Shown piece after piece: positions 51,045 to 64,000 of a DNA stretch of 64,000 bases (the stretch's first letter is position 1; each line of letters starts with the position of its first letter). The translations under genes were made by a program, and so were the position numbers. The notes below the pieces were generated by a model. It saw nothing but the letters and a program-made list of their open reading frames with translations, made no database searches and was not told the DNA's origin. The stretch is taken from contig MU053934.1 of assembly GCA_013239625.1 (NCBI GenBank), positions 7,771,352 to 7,835,351 of the forward strand. Direction: 5' to 3'. Source of the DNA: Lama guanicoe. Its lineage: Eukaryota.

Positions 51045-53399
51045 CTGTGATGAATTAAAATTAAGAATATTGCATTCACAGAAATCAGCTGCACGGAGCT
51101 GTTCAACCACTTTATTTTCATCAAAACCTCTTCACATTTTCCTTTCCAAGACTGATCAAAAAGGTTACCCTGGCATGTACTGAACTTCAAATGTTTAATT
51201 GATGAGCTCCCTACGAAAGAGTATCCCCCATCACAGCTACTCATCTGACAAGGCAGACAAGTTTCTCAGGGAAAAACAGCACGTATAATCGCTCTAACTC
51301 AAATTTCGGAGCTAAAAATACTTGGTGGATCTGCCAGTTTGATACATCTTTCTTAATATACTTTCAAGCCATTCCTACTGTGAGCCCATGCGATGCTCTT
51401 CCTGATTAAGTCAGGTCAATCAAACAAAAAGCTGGTAACATTTTATTAAAAACAGAAGTAGCTCTTACTGTAAGGGAAATTGTTAATATAAGGACTTCAT
51501 AAACATTGTACACATTGGACATTTCTTTAATTAGCTTTTTTTTTCCCACGGGGAATTACAAAGAACCAGGGTGAATGAACTTTGCTTGTGGGACTTCTAA
51601 ATGCAGTAAAGTACGTTAACCACTGATTTTTATATGATTCATAAAAATGCTGTGAAGATTGGTTTTCCTTCCAAAGGTTTTCCTGCTGTTTACTACAATA
51701 TTCTTCAATATTTCCGACCCTCTCCACTTGGTCTGAATTTACTTTTTCCTGCTAGTTGGAATAAAGAGATAAAGAAGATAAGGGCCAACTTGGTGTAAAA
51801 GGTGACTTGTTTAAAAGGCTGCTGGGATGTTGAACTATAGTACAAGAGCCACCATCCACTAAAGGAATAAGCAGCGGATTCACGGACACTCCTTAGGGCG
51901 CACGAGGACACTGGCAACCTACGGGGAAGTCTTTACAAGGATCTAGAGTCACAGGGCCTAAGCTTCTTACAAAGTTGCACAGAATTAACCCAAAATATGG
52001 CTAAATTTGCCCATCTCTTGGGGAGGCGGGTTGCCTGGGGGAAGATGCTCATAGAGAGAAGCCAGAGCCAGACACGAAGTCTGGTCTCAGTGTATTTATT
52101 GGATTAATGAAATCCACTTTTAATATCTTAATGACATTTGTCTCCAATAAGGTCTTTTTCAGGAGGGTGTTTCGACATAATCCAGAGCTCTTAGAAAAAG
52201 CACAGGAGTGAAACAGCAGTAATGTCTCTGCGACATGCAGAACCTTTTAGGAATTTTCATCGTGACTGTTCACGATGAAGCAAAAGGAAAAAATGCAAGC
52301 AATTCAGCAAAGTATAAAAAAGGACATAAAGACACCTGGAAGTCTGGCTACTCACAGGGCTTTGCATAGCGCTCCAAAACTGCAACGATCACATAAACAC
52401 ATATTATAAGTTTACAAAAGTGGGATCATACTATGCTTTCAGTTTTGACGAATGTTCTTTTCACTTAACAATTTATCATGAAACGCTTCCCCTAAGGACT
52501 CAGGTGTCTCTGCGTCGCACTTCTATATGACGTATGGCTGCCATCATATTACTGATGGACAAGTGAAAGATACACCCATTTCCATGTTTACACATTTGGT
52601 TTTTATAAATGTTTCCCTGATCCCCCATCTAGAAGAGGCCCCCTTGCTAGTCTCTCCTATAACAGCCTGTCCTCTTCTGTCAGCCCCTTGAGGAAAACTG
52701 TGTTCATGAATGTGTATTTGTGTGACGTCTCTCTCCCTGATGTGAGGTCATGCAGTCTCCACAAGAGCCAAGACTGTGCCTGTTTTGTTCACTAATAATT
52801 ACCTAAGATGAAGCACAATTTGGCATGCAGTAGGCACTCAATAAATATTTGTTAAAAATGGATACACTTTGACCAAAAATGTTCTAAGGAAAGGTTGCAA
52901 AACCCAAAAAGCTGTTGGGCACGTCAGTAAAAAGGGAAATGAAAATTAAATCATAGCTGAAATGCCATTCACTTGGCATCAGCCTGGTAAAGATGTAAAA
53001 CTACCGATAGCAAGTGTTGGCGAGCACACAGGACAATGGGAGCGCTCACGCTTTTCCGCTGGGAGTGCAAACTGGCATTCCAGAAAACAGCTGGACACTG
53101 CCATTCCAAACTGAGGAGCGGAGTCCCTCCAGCATAGCAAGGAGTGCCACTTGTGGGGTAACTCCCAGGGAAGCCTCTGCACATACGCCCTAGAACATGT
53201 GTAAGCAACCACTTACAGTGACACCATTTGGGTTAGCACAAAGCAGGAAGCAATCCAAATGTCCATCCACAGGAGTATGTATAATTTGTGTATATTTTGC
53301 TAATGGAAAACTGTACAGCAGTGAAAATTATAATACAGTTATACCCATAATGTAAGTGAATCTCATCCTAGGCACAAACAGTGAAAATAACTGGTTTTG

Positions 53400-54700
53400 C
53401 AACTATGCAAACACACTACAGAAAAGAAAGAAACAAGCAAAAATCAAGCAAAAGACAGAGAATCCATTTGGTGAGAAAATACAATACAAAAAAATATATA
53501 CATCACCAGCTTTTGTACCATAAAAAAGAAACTAAATAAGAATATAAATTCATTAAAAGAAAAGCTTGAAGACAAGATGAAAAAACAATGAAAGAGATTA
53601 GAAGGATACTTCAAAGCTAAGAAAACAGAAAACAAAAACATCATCATTACAGGAACTAATAAATTAGCAACAGCAAGACAAGGCTGAGATTAAAATTAGT
53701 AGTAAAGGAATGGCTTGGAAGACTCTCAATGAAGGCAGAGGAAAAAGGCAAAAGGGTTATGGCAATCTGAGCGAACAGAGCAGCCATCAAGGACAAAGAT
53801 GACCCAATCTAAGGATATCTGGGAGCACCCCCAAAGGAAGGAAAGATGGAAGGAAGACAGGAGGGAAGGATGGAGGGAGAAGGTTTTAGCGACTTGAGAA
53901 GAACGGAATCTGTACATCAATGGAACATACTGTGTTCCAGGAAACTTTAACAAAAATGCTCCAAAACTAAGCAAGAAAGCTTAGTTTTGCTTTCTAACTT
54001 CAAGGATCAAGAAAAACTACTTCAGGCATCCTGGTAGAAAAGGGGGAAAAAATCAGTTGACCTCAGGATTCTTCTCAAGGACACCCAATGCCAGAAGACA
54101 ACGTAGAAATACAACACTTTGAGGAAAAGAAAGAATGATGGAAGAATTATACTCAGCCAAGTTGTTGTTCTAGTTTAAAAAAAAGGGTCGGGGGGAAGAT
54201 AGTCTCAAATATGAATAAAGCACCCATGAGCCTTTCTTGAGGGAATTACTTGACAATGAAATCCAGCCAACCAAAGAATAAGTCAAAATAAAGAACTCTG
54301 GAAAGGATAAGCCATGCTCGCATTGCAGTACAGTGATGTGCACTAAATCCATGTAAGTAGAAAATGAAGGCAAAACAACTGGGGGAATTATGGTAACAGA
54401 ACAGAATGTAAATGCTATAAACTCTGACTAAGAGAATATAAACAGCAAAAATTATGAGGTGGGAGGGAGGGTGGAAGAAACAGGAAGCGCTGGTCACAGG
54501 GAGTTTCACAGCAGAGAACCAGCCCACACTGCCTGTAAGGGAGACAACCTAAAACGCCATCACCTCTCCAACTCTTAATGGCTTTCTTAGCCTCTTTTCT
54601 TGTCTCAGGATCCCTTTTGGGACCTAATATCTCTTGTGATACAGAAATATTTGTCCAAAGTTCAGAGATCTCTTCGGCCTCACCTGAGGACAGCACTGGG
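53400..54700 (+). mobile_element. HAL1 (half-L1) fragment
   Basis: caatgccagaagacaa...tactcagccaagttg...agcacccatgagcctttcttga...gaattatggtaacagaacagaatgtaaatg, recalled HAL1 motifs. Confidence 0.7.
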
Positions 54701-56222
54701 AGAAGCCCTTGGGTTTTCTGACTCCTGGAGCTGCTCGGGGCTTACGACACTGCCTGGCACAGGGACAGCCCCGTAAAAGGGCTAATGACGAGGGCGATGA
54801 TGATTTTTTTTTAACTTCTGGTAAATTCAAAGAAATTGAAATTGAACATGCCTTATTTGTAAAAAGGAGCATGAATCTCTTCTTATAAAATGATTTCTGT
54901 CTATGTATCCACCTACCCACAGAGGCAGCCGTCCTCCTATGTGTGTGAATAAAGTCAGGCTTCAAATTACGGTGACCTAATGCTGCCTTTGATTATTTCT
55001 GGGTGGTAGAGTTTTAATAATTTATTACCTTCCTCTTTGTACTTTTCAGAATTGCTTACATTTTTGTAATGGTCATGTGTTTTGGAATGGTCATGTTTTC
55101 ATGAAAACAATACATTCATTAACAGCAAGAGAAAATAAGTTTTACCAGTTTACCAACAGAATATTAATGTGTTCCCTCTCAATGCCCCTGTCAATAGTGG
55201 CTTTTGTTAATTTTTTCCTCATTGACAATTTTCTACTGAAATTTTTAGGTTAATAATTTATAAAAGTTCTACATGTTAGGGACAGTTACGATTTATCTGT
55301 CACTTACGTGGTACATGTTTTGCCAGGCTTATTGTTTGTATTTACAAAGTTTTGCTGTACAACACCTTTTTCATTTTAATATAGTCAAATTTATCAGTTG
55401 TTTTCTTTATGGTTTGGGGGCTTTACTTCATGCTTAAAAGTCTAAATTTCAAGATTAAAATTTTTCACCCACACTATCTATTTTAAAATTTAAATAGTTG
55501 ATGCACATAGAATTAATTTTGGTGTGGAGAGTGAAAGAGTGCAAGCTTTCCTCCCCCAGGTGGCTGGCTAGCAAATTATCTCAGTAATAATTACTGAATA
55601 TTCCACTCCCTAGTTCCACCCCACTTTCTTGGAATGCCTCCATCATAGGCTAAATTCATATGTAACGATCAGGCCATTTTCCAACCATGTTTTAAATCAA
55701 TTTGAATGTTCACTGCTGCACCAGCGCTATTCTGTCTTAATTATTAGACCTTTATAAAATATCTTATACATGAAAGGCTAAGCCTCCTATTGTAACTTTT
55801 CAAAAAAAAAATATATATATACACATCTCCACTCAGGTGTAGGGAGAACAGGTGTTAATATTGAATCTCCCACTCCAAGAACTAGAAAAGACCGCTTCAT
55901 TTCAGCATTCAAACATTATTCAAGTTTTCCTTTATTTTACTCAGTAAAGCTGTATGATGCCTTTACATAAATCTTAAACATTTCTTATTGGATTCAGTAT
56001 GCGAGTGGCACCATGGAGGCACATAGGAACCCAGCTCTCATCACCGCTGCTGTCACAGTGCACTGTTGTTATCAGGAGCTGGAGGAGGTCTCAGGGTTTT
56101 GGGAGGTGGAGGTAGGTTCCAAACACAGTTTAGAAATACTACCTAGGCCTACTGGTTTCCCACAGCTGTGCCCTTCCTCTGGTCGCACCTTGGTGACCCT
56201 GGCATTAGGGAGACACTCTCAC

Positions 56223-56344
56223 CTCTTGGCAAAAGGTCCTCTCGATTTCATCCAAGGAGTAGTTTTTCCAGGTGTCTTCAGATGAAGCAGCACTGCGGAG
56301 GCACTCTTTTCTGGAATTTCTGACTCGATCCTCCCACAAGACTT
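56223..56344 (-). CDS. EFCAB6: EFCAB6 exon (~exon 9), 122 nt, phase 1/0
   Basis: caatag|AAGTCTTGTGG...TGCCAAGAG|gtgaga; encodes EVLWEDRVRNSRKECLRSAASSEDTWKNYSLDEIERTFCQE. Confidence 0.93.
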
Positions 56345-56399
56345 CTATTGAAACAAAAGAACTTCAGTGTATTAAGACTGTCAAAGCTACACTTAAATA

Positions 56400-57830
56400 G
56401 TAAGTGTTTCCTTTGCATCATTACCTGTCTGGTAAAAATTAAGACTTGAATAAACTGAAAACATGAACTATGTAGTAAGTGATGTTGATATAACTGGACG
56501 AACCTTTTAGAAAAAAATGAAATGAAGCTACTTGCTACTTTACTGAGGATAAACCTAGGCAGAGTAAATGTACGCCAAGTAGACAAACAAAACCGTAAAA
56601 GTAGTCGAAGGAAATTAAGGTAAATACGACATAATATATATAATACATAATCACTGTGTTCCAAAGGACACATTAGAGCCAGAAATTGCTTAAATAATAG
56701 ATAGGTCTGACAATATAAATATTTAATTTTTGTTTGGTAAAAAACCACACAAATGACAATGAAAAAAATGAGTGGGAAAAACTACTGTTGACATACATGA
56801 GAAATGCAGGTTAATTTCCACAGTATATGAGTAGCTCTTATGAATCAGTAAGATAACTACAAATCCCCAGTTGCACAATAGACTAAGGTTTAAAAAGATA
56901 ATTCACAGGAAAAAAGACTTAAAGCCAACAAATGTATGAAACGCTGCTCGAATTCACTGGTAACTTAAAAAGTCTAATCAGCACGGGTTAATATTTTTTT
57001 CTGCTTGTTAAACAGGCAAGGATTAAGGCAAATGACAAAGAAAGGAATCAGCTCTGGCCTGTGTATGGAAAACCTGCAACCTGAACATCCTCAAATCCCC
57101 TCCTAGAACCTTTCACCAGTGGAACAATAGGCCCACTCAACACACACATATGTGTAAGAGTATGTTCTTTTCTTTTTTAATTAAAAAAAAGTAAAGATAT
57201 GCTCTGTATTGTTTATAAGAAGGGAAAAAATGGAACAATTTAAATGTCTATTAACGGAAGACTGGTTTTATAAATCACAGTTCATCAAGCCTATGAAATT
57301 CTGCACAGGCGTTAAAAACAAGGGGCCTGTCTAGGAATAGACTTTTTGTAGGTGATTGAATGTGTTTGGTATGAAAAACTGCCTCTGATTGGTTTGGGTG
57401 GTCAGTAAATGGAGGGGGAAGTGTTCACTTTATTAATCTCTCTATTTTTATCTGTTTAAAAATGTCCATAATAAAAATTGGGGGTTTTTTTTTGACCGTT
57501 TGGGGGTGGAGAAAAGGGCATGTCTAAATCACGAATGCAAAAATTTTTCCTTGATATTGTTTCATGACTGAAAAAGAGGAAAACCAGTATAATTTAATTT
57601 TCATTTTAATATTATTTTGAGTATTTGCCAATATCTCCTCCTATTCATCCATCCATCCATCCATCCATCCGTCTACACAGCAGAGATAAAACCTAGGAGG
57701 ATAACATACCAAAAGAACACAGTGGTAGGATTACAGGGAAGTGTGCTTTTGTGTTTTTGTGTTTTCTGGCCTTCTTTGCAACAGGCATGTATTACTTTTA
57801 TAATAAAAGAGAATAAAATAAATCTAAGAT
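56400..57830 (+). mobile_element. Ancient L1ME fragments
   Basis: A-rich L1 3' region motifs; degenerate. Confidence 0.6.
57646..57670 (+). repeat. (CATC)n tetranucleotide microsatellite
   Basis: catccatccatccatccatccatcc. Confidence 0.95.
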
Positions 57831-58479
57831 ATAGCCATTTTCAGTCTCAAAGTCGACTGCAAAGAATCACAAATGGTTTCCCAGATTTATTTCCTAAAAT
57901 GTCTGCAAATAAGCTTCACTCAAATTAAGCACATTTATAACTACTCAGCTGCAGTTAACAAACTGCTAGTCATCTGGAATTCCATTTCCTACCTCAAAAA
58001 AAAAAAGAAGAAGGAAGAAAAAGAAAAGAAAAAAAGTAAGTCCTCCCCAGTGGATCCCTCTGGCTACATGATAAAATACAAAGCCAGGCCTTTAGAATTC
58101 AGTCTGGAATTCTGTAGCTTCAGTGGGCCCGGCACTTGAAACATGGGCTCTCAGAGCGTAGAAGCTGCAGGAGCCTCGCAGAGAGACGGGGAGCCAAGCA
58201 GGCCTCGCTTGGTGGGGCAGGTCCCAGGCCCCACTTTCTGACGCCGCGTCCTGTGCGCGCTCCACCCTGGGGCAATGGAACTCTAATGGGGGTTCATAGT
58301 GATACACACAGCAAAATTATGGAAAATAAATATTGTTCTATATTTAGAAAAGTCATAGATAATGGTTGCTGCAAATATATGAACTGGAGATTCCCTTCTT
58401 ATAATACTTAATAAAATAAGCAAAAGAAAAAATAGTAAAAATTATCAAAACAAATAAATAAATAAATTTACTAGCATAA

Positions 58480-60370
58480 ACTGAAGCAAGAAGAAACTTA
58501 CATGGGCAGCCAGAAAGTTTTGTTTCCAGTTATGGTGAACTGGCTCACACTGAACCAACCATCCCAGCAGATAACAATTATAAACTCCAGCCAAAATAGA
58601 AACGGAAAACTATCTGCAGGCATTGGAGAGCAAATGACATAAACTGGAGTTAACATTTGGAAAAATGGAGTAAGACTCATTGAGTTTCCTGTTATTTGGC
58701 CTTTTGCCCGAGGGCAGGCCTCAGCTGGAAACATACTAAGTAGCTGGAGTTTGGATATAAACCCAGGGTCTTACCGGTTTTAGGAATCAGAAAAGAGAAT
58801 CCGGACTACCACAGCAGCTGGAACGTGGGATGGAAAGCCCAAAAAGAAAGGCATCGAAGAGGATCTCCGAAGTCTGTGAATAAACTCCGCCAAAATCTCT
58901 CGCTAGGCCCTGAACTACAGATGTGTAGAACAGACAACCAGAGGCCCAGCTAAGACCAAAACAGCAGGACCAACATTTCCTGTGTTAACCCCTTCAGGGA
59001 AGACAAAGATTAGCCTTCTACTAAAGTAAACTGGCTACTGAAACAAAAACTTAAATTCTCCAGAGGAATGTAACAGAATCCATAGTGTCTACAATGAAAA
59101 ATTTACTATATCTGGGATAAATTCTAAAATTATTAGACACACACACACACACACACACAAAACAAAACAAAAAACAAAAAACAAAAATAAAACCCAGGAA
59201 ACTGTGATCCACATTTAAGAAAAAAATTAACCAATAAAAACCAAACCATGAAATGACTTAGATGTTGGAATTTGCAGATTAAAATTTTTAAATAACAGTG
59301 TTTTGAGAATCTGAAGGAAAATATAATACTAATGAATGAACAGACAGGAAATCTCAGCAGACAAATAGAAGCTGAGCAATGAATCCTGTGTTTATAGTGC
59401 ATGTAAAAGTACAGTGTATGACAGTCATGTAACAGAGGACAGGAGAGAAGAATTCAGAAAATACTGTTTAAAGTCTTTATAATTCATGTGAATTAGCATA
59501 ATATTATTTGAAGATAGATTCTGATTAACTGAAGATGAATAATGGAATAAAAATGCTCAATCAATCCAAATTTCTAAAAATTACACAAACTCTATGGGGA
59601 AAACATTGGGGGAAGGGGTTGGTGGAAAGAGGAGAAAGGAGAGGAGAATAATGCAAAAAGGCAAAGATCCCAACTTGGAAGAAAATGTAATTTTAGGTAC
59701 AAAATTACTTCACAGAACATTTTAATAGGAACATGAATTCTTTAAAACAAGAGCTCAATAACAAGATGATAAAACAATAAAATGAGAGGGGAAAACACTA
59801 TAGCAGGCCAAAGGAAATGGCATTATAGAAGTAATAAATAAAGCAGACACAGCAAGGACTAGAACAGACCTTAGTGAAAATCAAATTACTAATCTAGCTA
59901 AAAGACTGAAGATGATGATGGTGAATACGGAGGGAAAAGACAGAGAATAAAGCACTTCAAGAGAACTTAATGCAGAAGGTGAAAACAATCCAACATAAGG
60001 AGAGTTTGTATCACTGAGGTCAATCTGAAAAATGGAACAGAAGATTTATTCAAAGATGTATAAAAACAGACAAACAAAAGATCTTTGAAATGAAGAGAGA
60101 ATTGATTTTCAGATTGAAAATTCACTGTGTTCTGGAAAACTGATGCAGAAAGCTTATTAACACCAAGACATATCCTAGCTAAGCTAGCAAAATTCAGGGA
60201 TAAATAATTCTTTAGGCAACCAGCTAGAAAAAGCAAATCATCAATAAGGGAGAAAATTAGACCATCTTCAGGCGTCTGCATAGCAGACTCAGTACCAGAA
60301 GGCAAGGGATCAAAGTCTGTGATGTTCTGAAGGGGAAAGTGTGACCACGGCATTACATGCAGCCAAAAGA
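58480..60370 (+). mobile_element. L1M 5'UTR/ORF1 fragment followed by a HAL1-like fragment (~59590-60370)
   Basis: ctatctgcaggcattggagagc...gatgttggaatttgcagatt; caccaagacatatcctagc...ttctttaggcaaccag. Confidence 0.65.
59137..59159 (+). repeat. (CA)n microsatellite, about 11 units, followed by A-rich (AAAAC)n
   Basis: Direct reading. Confidence 0.95.
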
Positions 60371-62304
60371 GATATATTCAACATTGTCTTCAGCATCATT
60401 TCCATTTCGATTCTTCTGATACATTCAAGTAAAAGGTAATACTTACATAAAATAGCACCTATATAAATCCATCTTTACAAATGTATTTCTATCTGTCTCC
60501 CCTTTCCATATCTATGTATGGAAAGATACCAGGAATAATGCTGAGAGTGGTTATTTCTGGGTGGTAGGAATGCTTTGGTTGTTTATTTCAATCTTTTTAC
60601 TCGTCTGCATCAGTGCCTGCCTCCCAGGGCTGCAGGGAATACGAAAAGAGACAGTCGAGAAGCCTGCTCAGCCTGGTGCCTGGCATGGAACAAGTGTTCA
60701 GTAGGTGAGGTCAGTTATTATGGTTATCAAATTAGATATGTGAACTTATTTGTGATGAAAATTCTCTATCATCAGGGTGGATACCACTTTCTGTCCCACT
60801 TGAGCTAAATTCTCAGTCCACGCTTCAGCCAGACATGCTCCCCGGCAAGGGCGCTTGGACTAGAATGTTCATTCCCATGGTGTTTGTCACGCGCATCCTG
60901 TGAACCCTGGTCCTGCAGAAATGTCCCCTGAATCAGGCATCCCTTTTCCTCCTGTGAGCACCCGTGACATTTTGTTCTTCTCTTACAGGTATTTAAATTG
61001 TTTTGGAGCCAAACAGTTCAAGTGTTGATGCCAACACAAACAAACCATTTACCACTGGGAAATTCACTTAGCGTCCTTAAGTCCAAGTTTCCTCATATTA
61101 AAAAATGGGATAATAATACCCCCCTCGCAGTGCTTTTATTTGAGAGAAATAAAGTCAGAATCAAGGTTTACAAAGTAACTACACAGAGTACAATAAATAG
61201 ATGTTTCTAATATTATTTTTATGTGATTTGTTTTGTGTCTTACTTGCCCTATTGAAAAAGATACATACATGCACACATATAGACAAACACACATGCGCAC
61301 ACACTTCTTAGAGTATTTTACTCGGCTTTGTACCCAGCGAGGGGCCTAGGAGCACAGGGACGTGCACATGAACTAACCAAATGTAAGCAGGGTCAGACTG
61401 TCTAGTAATTCCCCAGATTTGGAAGGCTTTGAAAAGTAGAGTCCTGGACTCTGCTATAAGCTATCTCAGTTAGTGAAACTAAGCTGAAATCAGAGAATTC
61501 GTGATTTTTAAGTTTGCTAGTCAGACAGATCTGAGACTCACAGAAGGTACTCAATGAATATTTGTTGCAATGAATTAAGCTGGAACCGCACAGTGACAAC
61601 CCATCTTGCATGAGCCAGTCACAGGTGGTGACACTCTGAGGCAAGAAATTCTTATCTCCAACGACCCAAGGCCTGGAAGGGAGAATCTCCAGTCGCATTC
61701 TTCACACATTCATCCTCAGGGACCTGGACCCCTGTTCTCTCCAGAGCTACGCAGCAGGTCAACAGCCCCAGACACGAGGCTGGGATGAAGACCACCAGCA
61801 CAAGGAAAGTTCTTCCTTTTCGAGGGTGTACGCCTGTGGGCCTGGCTTTCCAGGTCCAGTGTAAGCATACCAACTACTCAACTGCTTGCCTTTTTGTTTT
61901 AAAACTTTTCCCATCATTAAAGGAATAACATGTTCATTATCAAAACATTTTAAAGATACAGAAGTAGCAGAAAGAACCAAACACCCAGAGATATTAAACT
62001 TAATGACAATCTGTATTTTGGAGGTTCTTTCCAATTATTTATTAATATTCCACATACATTTTCCATGTCATCGTTAACACTGTGGAAATCATTGCTCGTG
62101 GCTGTACATGCTACCACATGGATATGCTGTCATTCACTTAGCCCTTCTCCTGTTGTTAGACATTTGTTATTCGCATAAATAAGGATACCATGACTGTCTT
62201 TGTGGATAACGCACTTTCCATATTTGAAAAGTATTTCCACAGGACAGATTCACAGATGAGGAATTACCATGCCAAAGGCTACTGAAATCTTTAAAAATAC
62301 TTAC

Positions 62305-62417
62305 CTTGACTTCTTATATAATATTTAAGGTTCAAGTCATTATTTGTACTGAGGTTCTTCAAAAATACATTATAATTCACTGCAGTATCTTTATCAATGT
62401 TGTAGTGTTTTGCAAAT
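62305..62417 (-). CDS. EFCAB6: EFCAB6 exon (~human exon 8), 113 nt, phase 2/1
   Basis: ttttag|ATTTGCAAAACAC...AGAAGTCAAG|gtaag; encodes FAKHYNIDKDTAVNYNVFLKNLSTNNDLNLKYYIRSQ. Confidence 0.95.
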
Positions 62418-64000
62418 CTAAAATAGAAATGTTCGTTAGTATTCGGAAATTATGATACAGAGAATCTAAATGAAGCAAGTTGTTTTTTTTTTTTTAACCA
62501 AGGATTCCTTTACACTGGGGTTGGCATTAATTTTAATGTGTGTTTCTAGCTAGAGCTGGAATTAAGAAGTAAACCCTAGGAAATGTTACTGTAAGATTAA
62601 AAAATGCAGATGCACCTGAAACTAACACAGCGTTGTAAATCAACTGTTCTTCAATTTAAAAATAAATAAATAAAATGAATTAATTAAAAATAAAAAATGC
62701 AGATACTTTATGGAGATCACTCCACTCAGCCTCCAAATGGCTGCATACAGATTTGAATAAACAGGAATGTCCAGGACCTGTGCCCTGCCTGCGTTGGGGA
62801 GGGTCTTCTCCCTCCTCTGGCAGGAGGGAGGGGTCACCTCTGTGCTCAAAAGCAAAACAGGTTCTGCTTCCTTTAATAATTGGAGGGGAGATGGATCTGG
62901 GCCATGAGTCAGCATAAAATTTCTATAGCCAGAGAAATCTAGAGCTGGTGGAGGGGAGAAATAGCCCACCTTCCTCACCAACTAGATCACTTCACAGAGA
63001 GAAATGGATGCCCAGGACAGCGTGTCATTTTAAAGCAGTTAATGGTAGGAGGGGGGAGCTTTTCTTGGAGCAGTCTGTGATTTCTATATATAAAGAGAAA
63101 TTTTAAAACACTTAAGCAATGTCTCTCCCTGAAATATACTGAGATACTCTTTTTCTAAGTTAAGATAAATAGAATGTCTGGATTCTTTTTTCTTTCTAAA
63201 ATGAATTTTCTTTTATTCAAATCTGCCACTTGATAAATGGTTTTCCAGATAATTTCTGCATTATTACATTTATAAAAAAAATGACAGTTTTAAAATGTTT
63301 GGTTATATTGTCTCCATATGTGTTGGTTTCTATAATTACCTAATTTCATGATGCTTTCTAAAAATTTAGTAATTATCACTTAAAGTATTTGTTATTTTTC
63401 TGTTTTCCAAATTTAACAAAGAGTAATGTCATGTATTCATTTCAATGCATACCTTTTTTTCCACTTTGATGGATCTTGCCTATTGTTCTAATAAGAAAAA
63501 TTATCCTGAGATATGATGGCTGCCAGATGTTAACACTGAAACTCCCTGAACAGCTCCATCTTTCATCTGTAGTCTCAGTCTGCCACAAATAAGCTGCAAG
63601 CGCAGGAACCCAGAAGGTGGCACCTAGGGTGTTCCTTTTAAGTTGCTGCCCTACAGAAAGTCTCGGCTCCCCTGCGGCTCCGGGAACATATCCAGGATAT
63701 GGACAAAAATCTCATCACCAACTCTCCTGTTTTCTGGGGAAAATTCAGCATTCCTGCAAACTGGTATTTGCTCATAAGAGAATCCTGCCCTGTCCTAATG
63801 CCAAACTCCCCCCTATTCATAATACCCAACACGTATTCACTGAGGACAGACAGACAGAATCCCATGGTAATATTTCCCACAGATAAAATTTCAAAAATAA
63901 AGCCTCAGTACTTCCCAAGGATGCAGTATCTCAAAAGGCTTTTATTTTTAACAAGAATCAAGGCATGGGAGACAGAACCACACCTAAGATGCAGCAGCCA

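Larger units (their letters stand above)
17284..62417 (-). other. EFCAB6: EFCAB6 gene body, internal part (10 coding exons; the gene extends beyond both window edges)
   Basis: Ten minus-strand exons with AG/GT ends splice in phase into 1333 nt with no stop. The peptide follows recalled human EFCAB6 in order (HYNI.KDTAV.YNVFLKNLS, SKSYEKVEKALSAGDP.KGGYVS, QQQDPAF.KRFLDFSKEP). No start or stop exon was found, and no further exon was seen in 1-17283 or 62418-64000. Confidence 0.96.

Noticed and set aside
51198..51230. Hammerhead-like TGATGAGCTCC...GAAAGAG
   Set aside because: It has TTGATGA rather than CTGATGA, GAAA falls inside rather than after stem II, and stems I and III do not form.
1..64000. 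CRISPR array, operon, defence system or intact transposon ORF
   Set aside because: No regularly spaced repeat-spacer array and no long intact ORF was seen; the window is eukaryotic intron/exon sequence.

Overview
Mammalian genomic DNA, most likely camelid (alpaca/camel): it carries vic-1-type tRNA-derived SINEs and camelid-type L1 3' tails. The whole window lies inside EFCAB6 (EF-hand calcium-binding domain 6, DJBP) on the minus strand. I rebuilt ten consecutive internal coding exons by hand (62417 down to 17284). All have AG/GT ends and matching phases, and they splice into 1333 nt with no stop (1 nt + 444 codons); by recollection these are human exons ~8-17. The rest is intron packed with old L1/HAL1, L2, MIR, MaLR/ERVL LTR and hAT fragments. 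Repeat families and edges were assigned by eye and are approximate. Most ORF-track entries are noise. I found no convincing new multi-gene system. The best leads are a TSD-flanked retro-insertion joining an unknown 3'UTR-like sequence to an L1 piece (49908-50677), an unclassified 426-bp element with palindromic terminal inverted repeats (5820-6245), and two CpG-retaining islands of atypical composition (~20640-21000, ~42793-43180).
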